DNA of 64,000 bases from Tubiluchus corallicola (lineage: Eukaryota > Animalia > Priapulida), in assembly GCA_030141605.1 (NCBI GenBank), contig JAQGDQ010000296.1:62001-126000 (forward strand), written 5' to 3'. The position numbers and the translations under genes were made by a program. Below the pieces are notes generated by a model. It saw only the letters and a program-made list of their open reading frames with translations. It searched no databases and was not told the origin of the DNA. Of the stretch, positions 1-12,800 are shown in pieces (within the stretch, counting starts at the first letter, position 1; each line of letters begins with the position of its first letter).

Positions 1-1079
1 CGACAGTAACATATCGTCTGACGACAGTCGCGATGATGGCAGGCATCCCGCTCTCGTCAAATTCCGGCAAGCGCATCAAGCTCGCAAAAATCTATGCTGC
101 TGCCGCCATTGATGTGTATATTCTTTACATTAATTTATTCATCACATGTAAATATGAAAATGTGTGTGTATATAATGTAAATACGCATATAATGTAAATA
201 TGCACATATTGTAAATACGCATATAATGTAAATAGTGTAAATATGATTTCCTTGGCGGGCGCTACTGTTGTAAATAATGTAAATATGTGAACACGTATAA
301 ATAACCTCGATGATGTTGTAAATATTTTTGTGCAATTTATGTGTGTATTATCGAATTTGAGATTATTGCACGCATGTTCGAATGTATGCACATGTACTGA
401 TGTCTTTGATCGTGATGTATCGCATATGTATATTTGTACAGAATAAATATATAATCTTTTGAAGAAAAAAGATTCGTTTCAAGTTTGAAGTAATGTTTGT
501 TATTTTATTTTATTTTAAATGAAGTTTGGCAATGATGATGATGAGTATTTAAAAGAAATAAATAAGCATTTTTTAAAAGCAAGTAACATTACGAGCATGA
601 ACACATGTGCAAAAGCTGGTGGATAAAATAGATTACAACATGCGTTACTAATCAAATAAATAAATAATCACAAAAGCCGTTGATTAAAATACATTACACC
701 TTACGTTAGTAAGCAAATAAATATTCATTATTTACACGAGATGATCGTCGGAAAATTTTAATGGGTACACTCGCGCATGCGCTTCTACGGGCATAGCTAG
801 ATAAAAAGTTCAGACAAAGGTGCGCATAAACGCCAACAAAAACATCACATCAACATGTTGAAATCATTTGTTGAATGAGACGAGCACATGGTTTTGTTTG
901 TAAAGTGTGAGGAATTTAGTATAACATCACTTTGCATGTTTGTTTGAAGTTGGTAGTAGTGATGTGGATGTGGATGGGCATGAGGAAAATGAGTGTGCAA
1001 TGAAACTACCTGAATATGCATTCCCACCTTCTGCCTCATTCTCCCAGTCTCTCAATGATGTAGTATGGCTCGCGACATG

Positions 1080-1895
1080 AACAGTCCTTGCAGAATTTTC
1101 CGAGATGTTCACCGACCTCCCAAGGCGTACTGGATTAGTTCAACATCGCATTACTGTAACCACTTGGTTATCCCATCTGCAATATATTTGGTTGGTGCTA
1201 GCCCTGCTATGACGTGCTGGTCTTACACTTAAAATAAAGAAGTACAACTTCGCCCAAAATGAGACGAAATTTTTCGGATATGTTGTTTTAAAGAATTGCC
1301 TAAGTCCGGAGTTCGAGAAGATTCAAAAGATTCAGTGAACCCTCGTCCCCAGACCAAAAGACAAGTATGGACTTTCCTTGGTCTAATTACAGACGGTTTA
1401 TTCCGATGTTTACTTCTATTGTGTGCATTGCTTGAGAATAATGCACCTGTACGTGTTGACTGGAATGAAACGCGTGAATGCAGCTTTGTAGAACTGTGTA
1501 CAGCACTAAACTCAGACACGGTACTTGACTCCCTGATTTTTCGTAAAATTTCGTTTTTAACACCTGATGCTTCGCTTAGTGGTGTTGGTGGAGTGCTGAC
1601 ACAGGTTCAGAGTGAGTTAATTGAGGTGTCTGTTACACATGTGAACAGAAAGTTGACTACATTGTGAACGAAACTATAGTGTTGCGGAAGTTGTTGGCAA
1701 TAGTGTAAGTTGCGCTACTACTTAGAAGGCCATGAGTTTATAGTACGAACTAATCAACATAGTTTGCATTACGCATGAAAAGAAATAATCGTCGTCTTTT
1801 ACGTGGGTGTTTATTTTACAAGAATCCCACTTTGCTGTAAACATTATGGCTGGAAAAGATTATGTTGTAGCAGATTCTCTCGCGCCTATGAGTGA
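1080..1895 (+). mobile_element. Heavily decayed Gypsy-type pol remnant (RT start, connection, RNase H)
   Basis: Fragments FSEMFTDLPRRTGLVQHRI, PRPQTKRQVWTFLGL, TPDASLSGVGGVLTQ, LRYYLEGHEFIVRTNQ and KDYVVADS, broken by frameshifts and stops. Confidence 0.8.
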
Positions 1896-2993
1896 GTAAT
1901 TTCGACCATTAAATCCCACTAATGATCAATTCTCTACCTAGTTAGAAATGTTTAATTTTTTGTTACATGAAACCAATTCAGTAAGTTGAATTACCAATAA
2001 TAAAATTTTGTTGTGGAATTAGTTTAATGTATTGGCAATGCTATCTATCAGTAGTAATAGGAAACACAGATCGTGATGTGTTGTTGTAATGTATAATTTT
2101 ATTGTAATTTACAAGTTTCTTTTTTGGGTTTTTAGTTTATTCCCCTATTTTAATGCCAGGATACAAGCATTTATGTTGTAAGCTTAAAATTGATTAAACA
2201 CTACTTGAATCATAATCATTTTATGAGTGAATGAATTCACAAAGATTTGTTGCTAACAACTGTGATCGAGTATTGTTTTTTCTCATTGACATTAGTTATT
2301 TTGTCTCATTATTGTGTTGTATATATACCATTATTTTTTTCATTGCTCTGACCTACTGTTAAAAGACTCTTGACGTCACTTTTAGTGAAAAAATTTGACG
2401 GATCAAGCTTTTGTAACGGAAGATGCTAGGTGACGCTCAGGCTTATTATAGGCCATGTTATGAAACTAGTTTCTAACTGTTATAATTCCATCATTAATTA
2501 TTTTCGATTTTCATAAAAAAGTTTAGTTAAACTATTTAATCATATAACGCTAGAAGCAAACATGTTTTGTAATCAGATTTTACCAGTATGTTCAATGTCA
2601 TTATTTGCTTATGTTTTATGCATTACTGTGTCATGTGAATGAAGCCACGTAGACGAAATTTTTGGCTGTTGAGTTCACGCAGGTATTCCATTCTAAGCCA
2701 TCGAGTTGTGCGGATGTTCTCATGTCATAAAATGATGGTCTAGTAGTTATAGTGTTTGCTTGCAGTAAAAAATCTGTCAACATGGTTATGATGGCATTGA
2801 TGGTTATGGTGGCACTTTAGTGGTTCCATCATAAGTGCACCACTCTATCACTTAATCACTTCTACGCTTTAGGTCAAACAAATGAACCATTTTACTGTGT
2901 TACTTTATAGGAAAAGACAGGCAAATGCAACACATAATTTAATGAAATAACTTTTGCTTTTTTAATATTACTATAGTACATATATTTACGGTT

Positions 2994-3019
2994 TATATAT
3001 ATATATATATATATATATA
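2994..3019. repeat. (TA)n microsatellite
   Basis: Seen directly. Confidence 0.9.
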
Positions 3020-4583
3020 GTAATACTCGGTTTGGGGTGGCTGATTCGATAACTAATGTTTTTCGCCACCCCTTCCCATTTGTTTGGCTTTTTTTTATTT
3101 ATACCTATTTTTCTTTGTTGGGATGAAAAATAAATGATTTGATTTTATGATGGTTACTTGTTAACGATACTTGCCTTTTGCTGATGATATTTCTTAACAC
3201 TGATGATACATGCCAGCTGTCGACGATACCTATTGCAGGTGATACCTACCGGTATGTGTATTTACCTGACGTTGATAATCCTTACCTTCTGTTGTTGTTG
3301 TTATTGCTTCCATACTGTGGTTACGAAGTTGATGATCCTTATACCTTATAACGAGTGCAAGAGGACGAACGCAATACTGTTTTGGTGTCTTATGAGTGGA
3401 GGAGAGAACATAATCAGGAGTCACCAAAGTTTAGTGATGTAATTTGGTGCAAGAAGAAGTCGAGTGGCCAACCGTTCAATGGTGGTGCACCATTTCCCGA
3501 CAAAGCCTGCTGGCGAGGAGCCAGAGAGGTCTTGTTGATGGGTGCAGGAGAAAATCGCCTGGTGATGCCGAGACAGGGCTGGTGAAAGAACGTTGTTGTT
3601 CTTTTTTATCTGTGTCGGCTTAATCACTGTTATTTATATTTACCTTGCAACGTATTCGAGATGTTCATTAAATTGTTATAGTGCATTATTTTGTTAATTC
3701 AGTAGTTTTGCTCAGTGTTTTTGTTTTCGACTAAGTGTTTTATTTTAAGGGCTACACTTAAGTACGGACATTTACAGTAGAAAATTAGTCTACATCGTCA
3801 CAATTATAGCAATTGTCACAAGGTGCATTTTCCAGAAATCGTCTCAAAACGAAAAATAGACACGATTTGAACACTCCTAAGTCCTATCTCGCTCATAACG
3901 GCTGTGTTAGTTAGTCCGTCAAATAAGCCCATCACCTAATGGCAATCAAAATTTGCCATGTATTTCTTTTTCTCAGAAATCATTTTTCATTACTTTATTT
4001 ATTTTAACAGTAATAATCTTGAATCAGTAACGTTAGGTTTATCTAGATTTTAGCCAATTTTTAGGAGTTGTGTGTCTTGAAGCTCCGCCCTTTGAATTGC
4101 AATCCACCCGAAGTATTACCCCGTCTGTGACCTAGCTTAAAAATTTTGCTAGCAAATAATTTCTAAAGAAATATTAGCAATGTTTTACGGACCAAAAAAG
4201 TTTGTAAATATTTAAGTAGTTGTCTTACACGCTTGGCGTCAAAGATCGGTATTGACGCTGATGCTGTGCATCAAATCGACTTTTTACACATGAAAAATTA
4301 TAAAATCATCAGAAGGCATGCATTTATTCTGTGAACTGCGTTACTTTACTCAATTAGGTCTCCAAGACTTAAAATAGGCCATTTCTACAGTAAAGAACGA
4401 TAAATTTCAGTCGGCTAACACGCAGTATAACACACATTTTCCTTACATTAAATAAATGGACGTCAGTGCACCGGCAATAGTGAACCTACCGCACTGAAAT
4501 CAATATTATAATCAAAGGTCAAAAATTTGATATCTGCTTATAGTAGACAGATAGCCATTCAAACACAGAAACGAACAGGTACT

Positions 4584-4633
4584 AGCGACTTCGTGACAAA
4601 ATGATACAAGCGACTTCGTGACAAAATGATACA
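4584..4633. repeat. Perfect 25-bp tandem duplication
   Basis: AGCGACTTCGTGACAAAATGATACA twice. Confidence 0.9.
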
Positions 4634-6770
4634 CGTCATCATACAACTATATAAATAAACAGGCTTGGGGTGCTTTTGCACACCATTTCCGGTGACTAGC
4701 GCCAGTCCTAACAGTCGTACTACACAGTATACATCAAGCAATGTATAAATGAAATTTCGTGTTTTATGCATTGTATAAAAATCGGTTGTCACTACTACCA
4801 CAGAGAAAGGCAGATTGAGGAAGGACAAGGTGTCCTGTGCATGTCATAACATCTTCTCTTTATGGGTTAAGTTGATTCTATTCCTATTGTAATTGAACAA
4901 AAAGTCAAAACAATTAACTTGTAAAATTTTTGTAGTCAATTTCACTACTAAAGAATTATTCATCTATGAACATGATTAAGAGCATGGCATTACAGACAAT
5001 CTTGATCAATATCAATTTGTGCAATTAAATTAATAGGTATAACGTAACTGTAAAAACACCACACTATCAGTTCTAATGTCAGAACATGGATTTCATAATA
5101 ATATTATATAAAAGAATACGGTAAATCAACAGTCACTATTATTATGAAAACCAATACCCACAGATAAAGATGTAGCATAATTAAAAACAGCATTACAATG
5201 GAATGATTAACACAAAAATCAATAAACATGGTTGGGCAATTTGCTTCACACTGTACGAGTTGGGGGAAAATGAGCTGCATTAAGTCTTTTCTTTCAAAGT
5301 GAGCACTTTACATACCACTAATTTGTCTTGGCACCAAATAACACTTTTGCTACATTATAAAATCTTTTGTAGAAACTGGACGGTGTAAGTTAAGAAGGCA
5401 GTTTAAAACAAAGAAATAAAAATTTCAGATCTACGAACTTAAATATTTAAAGAAGATAAAATTTGTTTGTAGGAATAACCACAGTGACATGTTTTTTTTC
5501 ATAGCTTTGTCATAACATGGCTAACAATCATACATTCATAAACATTAGCTAAAATCTAAACAATAAATTCTTAAAAATTTCTGGTAAATAACAAAGCTTT
5601 TTTTATATTATTCACATAACATGCATGGAATGCAACAGTTATATCAAAAACTTTACCTTTTCACAATCATTAATTTTCTACAGGAGGCATTGTACCATAA
5701 AACTGATAGGAACGGAAGCATTATTATCATTAAAATTTGATGAAAACTGTAATGTTTCACACAAATTCACGTACAAAGGATAAATGTTATGTATACACTG
5801 ATAAATTAAGAGTAAATTGTATTAGTTGAGATGCATGCCCAAAGTAAAAAAATCCTTTTAAATGAAAGATTAAAATTCTAATAGAACAAATTGCACCTGC
5901 ATACAGATCTTTCACTTCATAATAAGCTGAAGGTAAATTCTAGGAAGGTAAAGGTAACGGGACATGATAGAAAAATTTAAGACAATGTAAAGAAATATAA
6001 ATGTTTACAAATACATAACACAGATCTTTGATCTTTTTAAAATCTTTACATTACTGTAAGTTATTTTACTTTTGCCACACGAAGCCACTCTATGATCTTT
6101 ATTTAGGACCAAATTGTGCAAAAGTTAGCTTGAAAATTCTTTTTAACATATAATTTGATATATACACATTAAATACATGTAATCCAAACTGACAACCATT
6201 TGGCAAAAAATAAGAATGTGACTTGGATGTAAAGAGAAATTCTTAATCACGAAATAGTTAACACAATAAAACAGAGTCTTAACATATAAACTGCAAAATG
6301 AGAAAATGTAAAATATCAATTTAATAAAAATGCAATGAAAAATGTTTTAAAAATCTAGGTTACTAAAAGTAAGCTTCACAAATAATTGCGATTTAACAAA
6401 ATAAACTCCAATTATCAGTGCATGTGGAATGCTTAAATCCAGGTTACAATTACACAGATTAGATGAGAAAACTCAAATAAAGCTGTTCATAATTTTCTGC
6501 AGCAGAGAAGGAAATACTGATAAAAAACTAATATCCCTGATTTGCAAATCTAATTACATAAATGGCAAGTCTTACTACATAAAATCTAAGTCTAAAATTA
6601 TTGCAACATCAAATCAATAAAGACAAATATTTATAAAAATGCTTATACTATAATAAAAGGCCATTCTATTACTTAACCCTGTGCCATAAAACCACACTTA
6701 AAACATGTGCAACCGGAAATTAACCACATGATGATGCTACGTTACAGCTGATTTTTGCCCAGGAGAAAAG

Positions 6771-6884
6771 CTAAAACAATTTCACATCTTTCTTCATTTG
6801 ATTCTGTTTCCACTGTGGTTTGGAGGCAAATTCATTATAAGGCATTCCCATAACTCTTTCAAACTCCTCTTCAATTAAATGTAT
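6771..6884 (-). CDS. Villin terminal exon 23, headpiece ([37 protein letters not shown])
   Basis: HP36-like motif ending LF-TAG. Confidence 0.95.
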   Translation of the reverse strand: MHLIEEEFERVMGMPYNEFASKPQWKQNQMKKDVKLF

Positions 6885-9800
6885 CTGCAACATCATTAAT
6901 TATTAAATTAGAAAAAGCAGTTTGTGCAAAGTTGGAATTATTTCAAAACTTGCCATAAGGACTATATTTACCTCAAAAGGGCCAAAAAATAAAGTGATCT
7001 GGCAGACATTCTGTACATTCTCAGTGCAACAGCTACAAAACTGGAATTATATTATACCATTCACACTTTTCTTATCAGTAACTTTTCTTGAACCTTGTAG
7101 TACATTTTTTTCATTCTGGATGTGCAGTTAAATTTCTCTGACATCTAAACAAATATCTAGTTCTACTGTTGCTTTTGGGGTGAATTTTTGCAAAATTTGG
7201 GACAGTGTTCTGTTGAAAATCTTATTGCCAGTCACATTTCTTCACACTAGCATCTCACACATTTCACTGTGATGAAAAACTCAAACACAGTTCTCAGTTT
7301 ATTTGTTTGTGTTTTCTCTAATTGAAAAATAAACCCTAAATGAGAAATGGATACAAATTATTTAATAAGTCACTGCCTAAACTGTGTGTGCGCGTGCGTG
7401 CATGCGTGTGTGCATATGTGCATGTGTGCGTGCATGTTTTCAAACAGTGTACTTAAAATATGAATTAAGAAGGAAGTAAAGCAAGCAACAGCTTTATTTG
7501 CCATAATAATATTTGGAATTATAACAAAACATTAAGACACTCAATCAGTGAAAGTTAAAAAAATACACTGTTGGAGGCAAATGCATCAGAGCAAAATTTT
7601 AAACTTAAACTTTACATATTCACAAACTGGCTGTCAGCAAGATTATATGGTTTAATATGGCTTAGAGTAAATGAACACTGCATCAGTGTGCACGTTATTT
7701 GTGTTGGTAAGTTGGATATTCAAATCTCTGTATCACTAATGCATTTAATTTGGTTTTGAATGTGGTAAGTGATTTGATACGCTTGATTTTCAGTGGTAGT
7801 GAGTTCCAGAGCTGGACGGATAGGCATTTTCTGCTACAGAGGTGTTTCAAGAGTGATTGTTTTTCTGGTTTGTTTCAAATTAAATGTTCTGACATTTAAT
7901 TCAGGATTTTAAGTAGTGCTAATTTGTTTTTTCTGAAAGGAATACTTGAATTTGTTTATATATTTGAAAATAAATAATAATATATGATAATCCTTATGTT
8001 CTTCTAAGACTGGGATTTTTAATCTGTTTCTTAATTCAACTATAGAACATACATTTTTATGTTTGGCTTGTACAGATGATTTGTGATATATATCTTAATA
8101 TCTTTGTGATATATACCTAATATACCTTAAGGCATAATTTTGTAACATTCTGTAGGCTGCTGTTTATTAAAATCAGTTGTCTAATTGATCCCAAAACATC
8201 TTGTATGGGCCACTCCTATTCAAATGTATATAAAAACTTTCGGCAATTGACTCAAATAACTCCACAAAATTGATTCAATAATAATAATGTGATTAAAATA
8301 AGACTAGCCAAACCACGCAATAGAATTTTGCACACAAACCAATAACAATCCACACCACACCACATACATCACACCACCCATACCATATCATGCCACCCAC
8401 ACTACGTCACTCATGCCATGTCACACCCACCACACCACATCCATCATAGCACCCACACCACACCACACACACACCATAACACTCGTACCACACCACCCAT
8501 AACATCACACAATGCCACCCAGCACCCAGGTCACACCCGCCACACCACACCACACCAATCACACCATACCACACCACACGACCCACACTATGCCGCACCA
8601 TATTACACCCACCACACCACTCACACAACACCATCCACAGCACCATACACCACACCACAACAACCCACATTACACAGACTACACTATACTATACCCACAC
8701 AACTAATATAATGATGATGATGATGATGACAATGACGGCACCTACAACAACAATGCCAACAACACAGCAGCATAGTGAGGCCATGAAAAACTTTTTGTTA
8801 CAAAGCTGAAACTGTATGCTAAGACAAAAGCTATTAGACCCATCCACCAAAATCAATAATGTATGTACATTCTACATAGTGTTTGCAAACTCTCCTTTTG
8901 ACAGTAATAGACTAACATTATAACATTTATATGATAACAGCCAACAGCAGCTTAATAAAATAAGCAAAAGTGCAATCAGAACACAATGGATGATGCCAGA
9001 ACAATGCAAACGTTACTGGAAGCTAAACTTAATCACTTGCCTAACGGTTAGCACTTGAAGCTCCAGCTGCCTTTCACAGGGGAAACACATTCATCAGCTC
9101 TTCATCAACTTTAGCTCAAGCACATCAGCTCTAGGTGTTTTGTGTGAATATGTGCAGCATAACTTTATGAACCAACTTCTTCGTGAAGAAATGAAGCAAC
9201 CGACTGTGCACGAATTTTTGTAATTTTAGTGTAAATAAACAGATGCACGAATTTTTGTACTTTTAGTGTACATAAACAGATCTGTGCAATTTTTTTCTTT
9301 TCTTTTTATTCTTTATATAAATTAGTATTTTTAAAACAATTGCAAGTGTTCTTAAATAATTGGACATAGGAATTTTTATATTAATCCTAACCGAATTGAA
9401 GTGAATGAATTCTAACTCATGACATTTTTTGACATTAAATAATTACTAAAATTTCTAAAATTCATTTAAAACTTTTGCAATGCATGCTAGGCTGATGAGT
9501 GATGACTCATACTTCTGTAGTAGTAATGCTACACCCGTCAGATAATAGATTCAGTTGATTAATTGGCTCAAAACATTTTCAACCCAAAGTGAATCTATTA
9601 AGTAGTGCCGTATGCATTTATATTTATATAATTTTCTTTTTTGTTTTTTTGGAGAGTGCACAGTCTTATAGAAAATGTAGTAAGACTAGTGTTTTTATAT
9701 TAATACTTGCAGTACACACAAAGTGCTGGCTGCCATCTTTGCACAGTATTACAGAAAATGTGGTAAGACTAGTGTTTTTATATTAGTATTTGCAGTACAT

Positions 9801-12800
9801 ACGCGGTGCTGGCTGCCATTTTTGTATAGAGGTTCTTAAATTGTTCATCCTGTGATAAGTTGTTGTCTACTTTGATTCCTAAACTTTACAAATTGAACTT
9901 GTTCTGTAGTTTCATTACCAATTTTTAATGTTACTGATGGCACAGTGTTACTCTGGTTAGTGGGAGATAATATCATGAATTCGGTTTACCATTATTCACT
10001 TTTAGTTGGTAGTAATTAAATGCTATGTTAATGCATGTATGTCTTCTTCTAAATATTGTTTTGTAACGTGTCATGAGCAGTTGCAAAATGTTGTGTTGTC
10101 GTCTGCATTTTATGTAATGTCTGCATATTGTGTATTGTGGTACTTAAGATATTGGTAATGTCTTTGCACTCTGTCATTGTTTCATTGTTAACTATAATTT
10201 CTTTTACAATGTTTGCTCATTTTTGTATTTATTTATTTATTACTTTGATAATTTTCCATTTTTTTATGTTTGTCACATTGTAGCACTGACTTTGTATTTA
10301 TTTTTTTAATTTTCTCGTCGTTGCACTGATTTCTCGTCCCTTTGTATTTACTAGAATTATTTTTGGTTTTATTTTTCAACCCGTTAGAAATGTAGAAATT
10401 ATTCTTTGTTATTTTAAGATAATCAAGTTTCTGGTTGGTCCAAATGCTACTTTGTTAGTTTTCTTGTGAGTTTTTCCTTTTTATATGGATGTAGATTATT
10501 CTATATTATTGGCGAGAATGTTTACTTGCGCAGCAATGATGTCTGTGTTATATATATATATGGGACTCCAGTTCATGTTAGCTAAATCAGACAGAAAAAT
10601 GTTTGTTGTGTTGAATGTAATCTCTAAAGGTTTTCCATTGGGATGTATTATTGTTGGTCAGCGATAGTTTTTCAAGAATTGCAAAAATAATTTTGTACCT
10701 CTCTACATGCAGGATCTACACCAGGTGGCAGCTCATCTATTGATTTGATCAGTTCCGAATAAGGATATTTGGCAATTTCTCCTCCTGCTGTTACATGACC
10801 AGCTTTCTGTAATGAAAAAGAACTTCTAAAGCATGATAAATTAGGTCTAACTAAAATACTACATTGATCAGCAATGTAAAACAAACATCTAAACATGCCA
10901 AATGATTTGCGAAATTAAAAACTGTCGTACATTTTGCCAAAAATGATCCCACGCTATAGATTGCAAATGTCTAATCACTGTCTTGCAATAAATTAGCCAA
11001 AATTTATCCTTGTCAGTGACACATAAGTACAGCATAGTCACTGCAGCAAAGACAGTAGTTACACTGTTTGAATAAAATATTGTATGCTAAACAGAATTTT
11101 TTTATTAATTTTTGCCAAATATGACTTACAAAAGTTAAATAAAGTCTACAGTGAATAAAGAAACAAAAAATATGTGAGTATGTTTCGTAAAAGTGCAAGC
11201 TGTAAAACCGGCATAACTCATACAGAGAGTATTTCATTTTGCAAGTGAAGAATGTTAGATAGGGCCGCCTTAACAGCATTACAGGGTCCCGGGCAAAGAA
11301 GTACACTGGGGACCCCACCTACAAAACAATCACAAGAATAAAAATGCAAAAAACTGTCAAAATTACCAACAAAATCAGCATTTAAACATTAAAAAAACAT
11401 ATGAGTTATAGTTACGTTAAAATATACAGTTTTAGTTACGTAGCTTGTGAGATCCGAACACATACATGCACGTGAGGTTGCAGGGGTGACCGTGACGTTA
11501 AATCGGAAGTGGATGCCAATGTCCACTTTTAACACAATAACAATTAGTTATAGTTTAGTACAGTACAGTACTTATTTATTGACAGCAAATCATAACATAC
11601 ATAAAATTGGCATGGGGCCCCCTATATGCTCATGATCTGATGTTAGAAATGTATGAAGGTACAACATGTCAAAGCCTATAATTTACTTCAGTGTCTCTGT
11701 AAAATCCGATCACATAAATAATTTTTAATGAAAAGCTGAATAGATTCATAAAATTTTGTTCAAAATGTCCAGTCAAACTTAGTAATGCATCGCAATCAAT
11801 AGTGTGTCAGATGCATTACACTTGCCTGTCTAATGCATTGTAATCATCACAAGCACTGTTAAAATCTGCAACCTGACGTGTTTGTCAAAAACATTCGTCA
11901 AAATGTTTAGGTAAAAGCTCGCATCTGTGAGACACCATTATCCTCATTGACAGTGAAAGGATGACAATGCCCAAAGAGTTACAGTAGAAGCCGAAGTTTG
12001 CATCCATAGTAACAGCACAAAGTGCACATGACAAAAAGTTGTTAAAAAATTCTTCATAAAAGTGCCAGTAAAACATGTAAACTTTGCAGCGGAAACCATA
12101 GCAGAGATGCGACTGGAAAACCTGACAGTGCATTAGGCACATGACATGTAAATATGATTGGAAAGTCAACTATCATGTGGGATGACAGCCTTAGTTGCAA
12201 TTTGCTATAACTCTGTATAAATAAATTCCGTTTATTTATTTCTAATGAAGCATCAACTCTAATGAAGTATTTGCGAAGGTAGGCTTGCTGTGATCAAGAC
12301 TAACAAGCACTATTCACCTACTGTAGCAAAGCTCACACCATATGTTTTGCAGAAGATAGGTGTTTATATTTTTATCTAAGTAATATTTATTTGAAATAAA
12401 CTTTTAAACAAAATATGTCACAACAGAAATACAATTCTCGAGCGATTGACCGCACGGTTCTTAGCAGCCATTTTTGTACGGCGTCCTACCTCCTAATGTT
12501 GCACGTTAAAAAATAGTGGTTCTCAAGGCACACTAGCGACATCTACATTAATATCTTTAGATAATTTTCTGTCCTGGCCCGCCTGGAGACTCAGTTGTAA
12601 TTGGAGTTCCGGTTAGGCCAGTTAGATGTCCATAATAATCCTAATAATGACCACCAAAAATTTGTGAAGTAGCATACAATGCAAGACACTTGCTTATTCT
12701 CAATTTGTTAAGCTATGAACACGCTGAACATGAACAAAGTCTAAAATTTGTTTGAAAAATCACCTTAACTATGGCAATCCCTGGATTGTCTTCCTGCAAC

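Noticed and set aside
845-1039. Minus-strand ORF with HAHPHPHH
   Set aside because: Short, with no recognisable domain or splice context, and adjacent to transposon debris.
3159-3756. Possible solo LTR (GC-richer block with TG...CA candidates)
   Set aside because: No matching TSD, partner LTR, PBS or PPT found. Probably repeat-derived but not classifiable.
6098-6103. Villin polyadenylation signal (minus-strand AATAAA)
   Set aside because: Plausible, but a hexamer in very AT-rich DNA is not enough to place the 3' end without transcript data.
8407-8711. His/Thr/Pro-rich and Val/Trp/Cys-rich ORFs
   Set aside because: These are translations of a (CACCA)n low-complexity repeat, open in several frames on both strands.
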